The notes beneath the pieces were generated by a model. It ran no database searches. It was not told the origin of the DNA and saw only the letters and a program-made list of their open reading frames with translations. The translations under genes were made by a program, and so were the position numbers. This document shows positions 29,406 through 37,399 of a DNA stretch of 64,000 nt, in pieces (the stretch's first letter is position 1; each line of letters opens with the position of its first letter). This DNA comes from Alicyclobacillus sp. (GTDB lineage Bacteria; Bacillota; Bacilli; Alicyclobacillales; Alicyclobacillaceae), in assembly GCF_023511815.1 (NCBI RefSeq), contig NZ_JAIMAV010000002.1, positions 7,352-71,351 on the forward strand. Reading direction: 5' to 3'.

Positions 29406-29442
29406 CCGGCGCCATCCGCATAAAAATCCGGCGCCATCCGCA
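29406..29442. repeat. 15-nt direct repeat CCGGCGCCATCCGCA x2 (22-nt period) in a divergent promoter region
   Basis: Exact copies at 29406-29420 and 29428-29442, between the permease (minus) and AEC transporter (plus) starts. Confidence 0.6.
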
Positions 29443-29460
29443 CAGAAATGAGGGAAAGCC

Positions 29461-30369
29461 ATGGGCGCGTACTGGGCGACCCTGCTCGACGTGACGATTC
29501 CCATCCTGTTGGCCGTGTTCGCCGGAGGGCTCCTCGGACGCCTGCGCCCGGTGAACACCCAGAGCGTCGCCGACGTGGCCATGTACATCCTCGCCCCCGC
29601 CCTCGTCCTGCACGCCCTGGTCGGCGGAGACACCGGGCGGGACGCCCTCGATGTGGCCGCGTTCACCCTGGTCGATCTCGCCGGTCTCTGGATCCTCACC
29701 GCGCTGACCGGGCGGATCCTTCGGTTCACCAAGGCGCAGCGGGCGGGACTTATGTTGACCACCCTGTTCAGCAACGCGGTCAACTACGGCCTGCCGGTGT
29801 GCCTCTTGGCGTTCGGCCAGACCGGTTATCGGCAGGCCGCCCTGTACGTGGTCGGCCAGTCGTTTCTGCTCTTCAGCCTCGGCGTCTACCTCGCGTCCGC
29901 GGGCACGCGCGGCCCGGGAGCGGCCCTGGCGGAGGTCCGCAAAACCCCGGTGATCTACGCCGCCGTCGCCGCCGCCGCGCTGGCCGCATGGGGTGTCCAC
30001 TGGCCCGGCGGCATCGACAGTGCGCTCGGCATGCTCGCCGACGCCTACCCCGCCCTCGCCCTGATGGTGCTCGGGCTGCAGCTGGCGCGGACCGACTGGC
30101 GCCAGGGGCTGCGGAGCACGCCGCTGTGGGTCGGCATCCTGCTCCGGCTCATCGCCGCCCCGCTGATCGCCAAGGGCGCCCTGTGGGTGCTCGGCATCCA
30201 CGGGACGCTGGCGTCCGTGCTGTTCGTCGAGGCGTCCATGCCGGCGCCGGTCAACGCAGCCGTGTTCGTGGAACAGTTCGGGGGCGAACGCAGTCAGGTG
30301 GCGATGACCGTCGCCATCACCACCGCGGTGTCCTTCCTCATCCTGCCCTGGCTGGTGAACGCCAGTTGA
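29461..30369 (+). CDS. AEC (auxin efflux carrier) family transporter
   Basis: About 10 TM segments. FSNAVNYGLPV and EASMPAPVNAAVF are typical of the family. Confidence 0.88.
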   Translation: MGAYWATLLDVTIPILLAVFAGGLLGRLRPVNTQSVADVAMYILAPALVLHALVGGDTGRDALDVAAFTLVDLAGLWILTALTGRILRFTKAQRAGLMLTTLFSNAVNYGLPVCLLAFGQTGYRQAALYVVGQSFLLFSLGVYLASAGTRGPGAALAEVRKTPVIYAAVAAAALAAWGVHWPGGIDSALGMLADAYPALALMVLGLQLARTDWRQGLRSTPLWVGILLRLIAAPLIAKGALWVLGIHGTLASVLFVEASMPAPVNAAVFVEQFGGERSQVAMTVAITTAVSFLILPWLVNAS

Positions 30370-31354
30370 TGGCCCCCATCCCGCGCACCGCCGCGGCCAG
30401 CTCGCGAAGGTCCCGCTCCCGTCTGCGCAAGAGCCGCTGCGCCTCGGCGACCGAGACCCGCACAAAGCGGAGGGTGTCCCCCGGCTTGAGCTGGGCGACC
30501 AGGGGCAGATCCGCCCGGATCACCTGGCCAATCTTCGCATAGCCACCGGTGGTCTGCCGATCCGCCATCAGGAGGATGGGATTTCCGTCCGGGGGGACCT
30601 GAACCGTCCCCATCGTCACCGCCTCCGACAACAGCTCGCGTGGCGCGGTCAGCGCGAGCGCTGGGCCCTGCAACCGGTAACCCATGCGGTCCGACTGGCT
30701 GCCGACGGTGAAGGCCGCCTCGAAGAACGCCGCACGGCTCTCTTCGCGAAACCAATCCGCCTGCGGCCCATCCATCACACGGACGGCGATGTCCCCCCGG
30801 TAGCGCGGTCGGACCCGGTGCGAGGCGGACCAGGAGGCGACGGCCACCGCGTCCCCCTCCGGCGCCGCCAGCCACTGAGATGCCAGGGCGCCCGGCGTCC
30901 GCCAGGTCAGGACATCGCCCGCCGCAAGCGCTCTGCCGTCGTGCCCGCCGATGCCGGCGCGCAGGTACGTGCTCGCCGATCCCAGCACCAATGGGACATC
31001 CCAGCCTCCCGCCACGGCCAGGTACGCCCGGCAACCCGCCCGCGCACCGCCAAATTCCACCACCGTGCCCGCGCGCACTCGGATCGGGCGCCACAGCGGG
31101 AGCCGAACCCCCGCGGCGGTCGCCGACAGATCCCCTCCGCAGATGGCGATGACGGCGTCCGCGTCAAAGGCCAGGGACGGGCCGACCAGCGTCATCTCCA
31201 GGGTGGGGGCGTGATCCTCGTTGCCGACGAGGAGGTTGGCGACGCGATGCGCCACCTCGTCCATCGCGCCGCTGACGATGACGCCGTGGCGCTGATGCCC
31301 CACGCGCCCCAGATCCTGCACCGTGGTCAACAGGCCCGGCCGAAGCACCCGCAT
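30338..31354 (-). CDS. pxpC: 5-oxoprolinase subunit C / KipA-like (allophanate hydrolase subunit 2 family)
   Basis: LLTTVQDLGRVGHQRHGV, SQSDRMGYRL and TTGGYAKI motifs. ATG overlaps the pxpB stop (ATGA). Confidence 0.88.
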   Translation of the reverse strand: MRVLRPGLLTTVQDLGRVGHQRHGVIVSGAMDEVAHRVANLLVGNEDHAPTLEMTLVGPSLAFDADAVIAICGGDLSATAAGVRLPLWRPIRVRAGTVVEFGGARAGCRAYLAVAGGWDVPLVLGSASTYLRAGIGGHDGRALAAGDVLTWRTPGALASQWLAAPEGDAVAVASWSASHRVRPRYRGDIAVRVMDGPQADWFREESRAAFFEAAFTVGSQSDRMGYRLQGPALALTAPRELLSEAVTMGTVQVPPDGNPILLMADRQTTGGYAKIGQVIRADLPLVAQLKPGDTLRFVRVSVAEAQRLLRRRERDLRELAAAVRGMGAINWRSPARAG

Positions 31355-32049
31355 CACCGCGCGTCCCCTCCTTCCCACAGGGCGTCGAACGTCTCGCGCG
31401 AAATGGGTTCAAAGCGGACGATGTCCCCGGCCGACAGCAGAGTCGGCGGATCCTGCTCGGGCCGGAACAGGCGAATCGGCGTCCGTCCAATCAACTGCCA
31501 ACCGCCCGGCGTGGAGATGGGGTACACCCCGGTCTGCATCCCGGCGATGCCGACGGTCCCGGCCGGAATGGACACCCGCGGCGTCGCGCGCCGTGGCGCA
31601 GCGATCCGCTCGGACATGCCACCCAGATACGGAAAGCCGGGCGCGAACCCGATCATGTACACGACGTACGCCCCCTGGCTGTGGATGAAAATCACCTCAT
31701 CCTCCGTCAGCCCGTTGTGTGCCGCGACCTCTCCGAGGTCCGGTCCGAACTCCCCCCCGTAACACACCGGGATGCGAACCTCGCGCGGCGGGGGCAGCGG
31801 TTCGTCGCCGAGCGCTTCGACCTGCCGCGCCAACCACCCCTCCACCTGTGCGAAATCCGCTCGCATCGGATCGTAAAAGACCGTCACGGTCGTGAACGCG
31901 GGGACCAATTCCACGAACCAGCGCGGTGCCGCCCGCTCGATGGCCCGCTCCAATCGACGAACCCGCCGGTGTGTCTCGGGGTCGATGGTCTCGCCCAGGC
32001 GAACCACGGCGGCGCTGTCTCCCAACGGGGTAATGGCTGTCGTCTGCAA
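31354..32049 (-). CDS. pxpB: 5-oxoprolinase subunit B / KipI-like (allophanate hydrolase subunit 1 family)
   Basis: YVVYMIGFAPGFPYLGG and GIAGMQTGVYPISTPGGWQLIGRTP motifs. TTG at 32049 after AGGAGGA. Confidence 0.88.
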   Translation of the reverse strand: MQTTAITPLGDSAAVVRLGETIDPETHRRVRRLERAIERAAPRWFVELVPAFTTVTVFYDPMRADFAQVEGWLARQVEALGDEPLPPPREVRIPVCYGGEFGPDLGEVAAHNGLTEDEVIFIHSQGAYVVYMIGFAPGFPYLGGMSERIAAPRRATPRVSIPAGTVGIAGMQTGVYPISTPGGWQLIGRTPIRLFRPEQDPPTLLSAGDIVRFEPISRETFDALWEGGDAR

Positions 32050-32104
32050 CGTTCCATCCTCCTGGTTGAGTGTCCTCGTACAGGATACCACACCGGGATG
32101 CGAA

Positions 32105-32134
32105 CGGCCCGGCCCCACAGAGAGGGCCGGGCCG
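32105..32134 (-). terminator. GC hairpin (11-bp arms CGGCCCGGCCC / GGGCCGGGCCG) downstream of the lipoprotein gene
   Basis: Read directly from the sequence. No convincing U-tract. Confidence 0.35.
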
Positions 32135-32302
32135 CGGGATGCGGTCTGCCGGAGGGGATGCGCGAGTCCTGGACGCGTACGAGTTCAGGGCGCCGGAAGG
32201 ACATGCCTCCACATCGGACGCCGGAATCGCCCTTGAGAAGACTCCTGGCGTGGATCGTATGCGATTCCCCGCGTGCGGGCCGCATCCGATCCGGCGCCGG
32301 AC

Positions 32303-32818
32303 TCAGGTGGCGAAACTGGCCAACCCAATCTGGCCGGTGTCCGTCTGTGCCAACAGATAGGTCCGCGGGGTGGGGAGGGCGTGGCCGCCGATGTGCCACA
32401 TCACGCGCCACGAACCATCGGCGCCGATGGCCGACGATCCGATGGCCTGCAACCCCGCGGAGCTCTGCAGGTAGTACTCGCCACGGCGCACCTCCACATT
32501 GCCGGGAGGCACGTAGTACACGGTGACACGGCGGCCCTGCCAGCGCGCGTCCCGGGAATACACCTGAATGTCGCCGCCGCGGCGCAGCACGAGGATGGTC
32601 GGCGAAGGCTGACTGCGGCGGGGCAGGTTGAGCGTCACGGGAGGTCCGGCGAGATCGCGCGGCAGCCCGTGGACCGCCATCGCACCGGCACCGGTGGCGG
32701 TCTGATTGGCGGCCGGGGGCACGGCGAGGTGGTCGCACCCGCCGACGCCTGCCGCGAGCAGGCATCCGATGGCGAGAGCCGCCCTGCCCGTCCAACTCCT
32801 GATCCGACGATGCGCCAT
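32303..32818 (-). CDS. Hypothetical lipoprotein
   Basis: Signal peptide ending in the lipobox-like LAAGVGGC. AGAGGAG RBS before the ATG at 32818. Confidence 0.55.
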   Translation of the reverse strand: MAHRRIRSWTGRAALAIGCLLAAGVGGCDHLAVPPAANQTATGAGAMAVHGLPRDLAGPPVTLNLPRRSQPSPTILVLRRGGDIQVYSRDARWQGRRVTVYYVPPGNVEVRRGEYYLQSSAGLQAIGSSAIGADGSWRVMWHIGGHALPTPRTYLLAQTDTGQIGLASFAT

Positions 32819-32992
32819 GTTATCACGCTCCTCTGGAATGACGGCCAACTCAATTCAGGCTTACCATGCCTGTCCGCTCCGCCGGTTATGCAGGGCGGGT
32901 CCTGTCGAAACGTGCCAAGATTCGACAACGGGATTTGACAAATTTTTCAGACCCGCAGGTGTAAGCTGGACACCAGAGACGCCAAGGGGGGG

Positions 32993-33802
32993 ATGGCCGT
33001 GTCCATCGAAGGGTGGGTGTACAGACGAGGTTTGTCCGTCGCGGTGGCGGCGGCGGCCCTGTGCGCGGCCGGATGGGCGCTGTCCGCGCACGCGGTGCCG
33101 CGCGGGGCATCGCCACCGAGCGGCACGGTTCGGGCGCCGGCCGGCGCGGATGGAGTGGGCGCCGTGATGGCGTCCGGGCGGAGCCGTGCGGACCAGGCGT
33201 CCCCGGGATCGGCCGAGGGGGATGCGGACGACCCGCTCCCAAACGGTCCGCCGGTCCTCACCTGGACCTCGGACGGCGTGCGCTACCGGGCCGTCCATCA
33301 CGTCGCGCGGTGGAACCCGGCCACCGGTCGGTGGGAACCGATCTCTCCCGATGTCACCGAGGCGTGGCAGCCCGGGGAGGACGGGTTTGGCGTCGACGGC
33401 ATCACCGCCGTCGCCCAGGCGGGGGAGGTCCTGTGGACAGGGACACTGGCGGGCGCGGTGGCCATCGGCCAACCCGGCGGCGTGTGGCGCCGAGTGGACG
33501 ACGGATTGCCCGCGCGCACCGTCAGCGCCATCGCCCCGGCCCCCGGGGCCGATGGCGCGCGGATGGCCGTGGTGGCCTTCGCCGGGTACGGATCGGCCAC
33601 TCCCGGCCAGCCGGGACACGTCTTTCTGACCACCGATGCCGGCGGCACCTGGCGGGATCTGACCGGCAATCTGCCCGACGCCCCCGTGACCGCGGCGCGC
33701 TGGACGCCAACGCCGGACGGTCCGCGGCTGTCGGTGGCCGAGGGGGAGGTCTGGTACACCATGGCGCAACCCGGGCGCTGGAGCCGGGACGGACACCCGT
33801 GA
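32993..33802 (+). CDS. Secreted protein with BNR/Asp-box repeat (beta-propeller-like)
   Basis: Signal peptide. TTDAGGTW matches the Asp-box SxDxGxTW. Confidence 0.6.
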   Translation: MAVSIEGWVYRRGLSVAVAAAALCAAGWALSAHAVPRGASPPSGTVRAPAGADGVGAVMASGRSRADQASPGSAEGDADDPLPNGPPVLTWTSDGVRYRAVHHVARWNPATGRWEPISPDVTEAWQPGEDGFGVDGITAVAQAGEVLWTGTLAGAVAIGQPGGVWRRVDDGLPARTVSAIAPAPGADGARMAVVAFAGYGSATPGQPGHVFLTTDAGGTWRDLTGNLPDAPVTAARWTPTPDGPRLSVAEGEVWYTMAQPGRWSRDGHP

Positions 33803-33845
33803 ACCCCGGCTCCGGGAGGCCTTTACTCCGAAGGCGAGCGTGACA

Positions 33846-33871
33846 TAAAACAACCCGCCCCGAAGGGCGGG
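33846..33871 (-). terminator. Rho-independent terminator (CCCGCCC-ttcg-GGGCGGG then TTGTTTT on the minus strand)
   Basis: Read directly from the sequence. About 150 nt downstream of the M16 peptidase stop. Confidence 0.6.
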
Positions 33872-34021
33872 CGCGACCCACGGGAGGGTGTCGCGATACG
33901 GTATGTCGGCGTGATACAGCATACGCGACCGGCCCCCCTCCCCCACGGTGGATGACAGGCACCGTTCGCCCGATTCCCTGCCCTCGTCCGTCCCGGGGTC
34001 AGCCGCGAGTCGGATTTCCGC

Positions 34022-35311
34022 TCACGCCTGTTTGGGCAGGACCACAGAAACGGCCCGCCGCTCTGGCAACAGGTGCTCACGCAGGCGGCGATCCGCGTCC
34101 GCGAGCGTCAGGCGCTCCAGAATCTCCACGGTCTGAAACAGATCCGCCCCCCGGAACAGATAGCTCGCGAAGTGGCGGGCGATGTAACTCGGCGAATCGA
34201 GGGCCGCCATGAAGCGGCCGATGGACTTGCGGCGGCAGCGCTCGAACGCCTCCGCGTCCAGCCCCTCGTTTCGCGCCCGCTCCAGATGGCGTTCAATCCG
34301 CTCCGCCAACGCATCCGGGTCGGGCGTGTTCCCGCCGACGACGGAGTACCCGTATTCCGGTGTGCGCTCGTACTCCCACGAAAACTGTTGGTCAATCAGC
34401 CCCTCGCCAATCAGTTCGTCGAACAGATCGCTGCTGCGGCCGAACAGCACATCGAGGACAACCCCGGTCACGAGTTCGCGCTCGAGAATCTGCGGCCCCG
34501 CCGGCATCGGATCCGGGTCCTTCCACCCGATGAGGCATCGCGGCTGGTGCACCGCCAGGCGGGCCTCCGCGCGCGGGTGGTTGACGGAGGGCGGCTCCTT
34601 CGGCCGATCCCGTTCAATCCGCGGCATCTCCGAAAACGATTTGCGCGCCTGGTTGGTGCGGATGACGTCCATGGCGGATTCGGGATCGAACCCGCCGACG
34701 GCGAACAGCACCATGTTCGACGGATGGTAGAACGTCCGGTAGCACCGGTACAGCGTCTCCTTGTCGATCCGCTGGATGCTCTCCACCGTCCCCGCGATGT
34801 CCATCCGCACCGGATGCACGTGATACAGAGCCTTCAGCAGCCCGTAGAACACCCGGGTGTCCGGGTTGTCGTCGTACATCCGGATCTCCTGGGCGATGAT
34901 GCCCTTCTCCTTGGCGACGTTTTCATCGGTGAAGTACGGGTCCTGGACGAAATCCAGGAGGATCTCCAGGTTCTCGTACACGTCCTGGGTGCTCGAAAAC
35001 AGATACGACGTGATGTCGAACGTGGTGTACGCGTTGGCCGAAGCCCCGTGCCGGGCGAAATCTCGGAACACATCCCCGTGCTCCGATTCGAACATCTTGT
35101 GCTCGAGAAAGTGCGCGATGCCGTCGGGCACGGTGATGAAATCCTCGTCCCCTCCCGTGCGAAACGTGCTGTCCACCGACCCGTAGTGCGTGGTGAAGGT
35201 CGCGAAGGTCTGCTGAAATCCCGGTTTGGGCAACAGGTACACGTTCAGGCCGTTGTCGAGCGTCTCCTGGTACAGCACGTGCCCGAGGCGGGGGTCCTTG
35301 TGTTCACGCAT
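34022..35311 (-). CDS. M16 family zinc peptidase, catalytic subunit (YmfH-like)
   Basis: HFLEH (HxxEH) zinc motif followed by downstream E. ATG at 35311. 8-nt overlap with the upstream partner gene. Confidence 0.9.
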   Translation of the reverse strand: MREHKDPRLGHVLYQETLDNGLNVYLLPKPGFQQTFATFTTHYGSVDSTFRTGGDEDFITVPDGIAHFLEHKMFESEHGDVFRDFARHGASANAYTTFDITSYLFSSTQDVYENLEILLDFVQDPYFTDENVAKEKGIIAQEIRMYDDNPDTRVFYGLLKALYHVHPVRMDIAGTVESIQRIDKETLYRCYRTFYHPSNMVLFAVGGFDPESAMDVIRTNQARKSFSEMPRIERDRPKEPPSVNHPRAEARLAVHQPRCLIGWKDPDPMPAGPQILERELVTGVVLDVLFGRSSDLFDELIGEGLIDQQFSWEYERTPEYGYSVVGGNTPDPDALAERIERHLERARNEGLDAEAFERCRRKSIGRFMAALDSPSYIARHFASYLFRGADLFQTVEILERLTLADADRRLREHLLPERRAVSVVLPKQA

Positions 35312-36623
35312 TCGCGTTCCCCTCTTCCCCGCGCAGAAAGTACACGGTGTCCAGCTGCAGCCGGTTCGCCGCCGCCACCACATCCTGGCGCTCCACCGCC
35401 AGAATGGCGTCCATCAGCTCGTCCATCGCCCGCACCCGGCCGGCCAGCACGCCACCGAAATGGATGTCCGCCACCGCCGCCGGCACGTCGAGCGACTGCC
35501 GATACTGGTTGACCAGGCCCCTCTTGGTGAACGACAGTTCGTCATCCGTCACCTCGCCTTGTTGCAAGGCGCGCACCTGTTCAACGATGATGGCCTCGGC
35601 CCGGTCTCGGTGAACCGGATCGATCCCGGTCTGGATCAGGACCAACCCGGACAAGGCGTCCACGCGGCTCGACGCGTAATACGCGAGGCTGGCCTTCTCG
35701 CGCACGTTCTGAAACAGCTTGGAATGCGGAAATCCTCCGAGGATCCCGTTGGCCACCAGCAGAGCGGGGTACTCGTCCGCACGGTACGGGATCCCCGTGC
35801 GATACACCAGATTCAACTTGCCCTGCTGCACCGGTTGGGCGTCCACCACCCGCTTGGGTTCACCGCCCCGAACGGGCACCGGTTCAACGGGTCCGGACGC
35901 AGATCGGTCCGCCCCGTCGACGCCGGCCTGGCGGATGGCGGACGACCAGGCGGTGAGCAGCCGCTCTGCCAGAGCGGACGGATCGCCGAAGGCCCCGATG
36001 GCGTACAGGTGGACCTCCGCTTCCTGCAAAAACCGGCGATGCGCCGCGTACAGCCCGTCCGGCGTCACTGCGTCCAAGTCCTCCGCGTATCCCAGCCGCG
36101 GCAGGCCCTCGGGAAGCCCGGCCAGCGCTTCCGCCAGCGCGCGCTCCATCGCCCAGGCGATCTTGTCGTCAAAGACGCTCTCAATGCGCCTACGGTGCAG
36201 GCCGCGTTCCCGCTCGACATGTCCCTTCGCAAACCCGTCCCCCTCCACCAGGGGATCGGTCACCGCCTCGAGCATCAGCCGCAGGCCCTCCTCGAAGACC
36301 CCGGCGGCGCCCTCGAGACGCCCCTCCTCGGGCACGCTCAGATACACCTCGGCGATGTGCCGGTCGGCCCGTTTCCCGATGCCGCTGCGCAGCACCGCGC
36401 CGAACAGGTCGTCCGTCCGCCGCGTGATAGCGAGGGCCGACGGGTACGACCGCGTCCCCTCCAACCACAGATACGGCAGAAGCGCGGTGGGTGTCACCGA
36501 GGGTCTGGAGATGGGCGTGACCAATTTCGCGACCAGATGGCGTGTCCGAAATTGATCCGTCGGCAGGGTGTGAACATGGAATCGTCCTTGATGGACCGTG
36601 TGAAATGTGGCCATTTCGGACAC
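35304..36623 (-). CDS. M16 family peptidase-like protein, non-catalytic partner (YmfF-like)
   Basis: M16 fold pattern, but HxxEH is replaced (PYLWLEGT). Start is 36623 or 36614. Confidence 0.85.
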   Translation of the reverse strand: MSEMATFHTVHQGRFHVHTLPTDQFRTRHLVAKLVTPISRPSVTPTALLPYLWLEGTRSYPSALAITRRTDDLFGAVLRSGIGKRADRHIAEVYLSVPEEGRLEGAAGVFEEGLRLMLEAVTDPLVEGDGFAKGHVERERGLHRRRIESVFDDKIAWAMERALAEALAGLPEGLPRLGYAEDLDAVTPDGLYAAHRRFLQEAEVHLYAIGAFGDPSALAERLLTAWSSAIRQAGVDGADRSASGPVEPVPVRGGEPKRVVDAQPVQQGKLNLVYRTGIPYRADEYPALLVANGILGGFPHSKLFQNVREKASLAYYASSRVDALSGLVLIQTGIDPVHRDRAEAIIVEQVRALQQGEVTDDELSFTKRGLVNQYRQSLDVPAAVADIHFGGVLAGRVRAMDELMDAILAVERQDVVAAANRLQLDTVYFLRGEEGNANA

Positions 36624-36808
36624 CCCTCGCTTTCCAGGGCCCAGCGCCCCGGCGGCCGTGACCTTCGGAGGCGCGGACGGATTCGGGAAACGCGCCTGAC
36701 GCCCGCTGTGACCGGGATCGCCGCATCCACCGGGGGCGGGGCCCTTGGCACTTCGTCATCCAGTATGGGCGAATCGGAGGGGACTTATCAACGGAACCGC
36801 CCTTCGGA

Positions 36809-37141
36809 TCAGTAAAATCCGGCTTTTCGGCCCAACTGGTTTCGCGCCGCCGCCTGGGCCATATCGAAATCGGTCCGTGAAATGATCTGCGCGTCACGGA
36901 TCCACCGTTGCACCTCGCGGTCAATCTTGGGCGCAACATACTTGGGCGATCCGTGACGCGCAATCAATTCCTGCTTCGTGATCTGGTGGCGGGTCATGCA
37001 GTGGACATTGGTGAGCGCCTCCAGCAACTCTCCGCAGACCGGACACTGGAACAATGAGATCCCTTCCTTCGCTTTTTTTGCATCCATATGGGGCTCATTC
37101 GGGCGGTATTCCAGCCCGGAACCGTCCGGTACGAAAAACAT
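36809..37141 (-). CDS. Small protein with CxxC-x10-H-x4-H zinc-finger-like motif (Ros/MucR-like spacing)
   Basis: FQCPVCGELLEALTNVHCMTRHQITKQELIARHG. No clear RBS at either ATG (37141 or 37090). Confidence 0.45.
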   Translation of the reverse strand: MFFVPDGSGLEYRPNEPHMDAKKAKEGISLFQCPVCGELLEALTNVHCMTRHQITKQELIARHGSPKYVAPKIDREVQRWIRDAQIISRTDFDMAQAAARNQLGRKAGFY

Positions 37142-37193
37142 GAGTTTACAGACATTTTAGCGGAAAGCGCGGTGGAGGAGCAACCGCCGGAAA

Positions 37194-37230
37194 GGAGGCG
37201 GCCGCCGCCCGAGAACGCGCGGCCGCCTCC
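37194..37230 (-). terminator. Perfect 12-bp hairpin (GGAGGCGGCCGC / GCGGCCGCCTCC, 13-nt loop), TTTCC follows on the minus strand
   Basis: Read directly from the sequence. Lies between the ndh stop and the zinc-finger ORF. Confidence 0.5.
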
Positions 37231-37283
37231 TCCCGTTCGCGGATATATGAACACCCTCTCGGGCGGGTGGGGCAACCCATCCC

Positions 37284-37351
37284 CTGCTTGCCGGGCCCGC
37301 CGCCCCGCGTGCCCGGTCCGCCGCTCTGCTTGCCCGGCCCGCCGCCCCGCG
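37284..37351. repeat. 26-nt direct repeat CTGCTTGCCSGGCCCGCCGCCCCGCG x2 (42-nt period)
   Basis: Copies at 37284-37309 and 37326-37351 differ at one position. Intergenic, downstream of ndh. Confidence 0.65.
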
Positions 37352-37399
37352 GCCGGCCCACACCGCATCGTATGCACCTGAGCCCGAAAGGGCGCCGGG

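Noticed and set aside
29326-30465. N-terminal extension of the permease ORF 27988-30465 (825 aa)
   Set aside because: The extension is antisense to the AEC transporter gene and is Arg/Gly/Asp/His-rich. The permease has an RBS-supported GTG at 29325, giving a normal 12-TM protein of about 445 aa.
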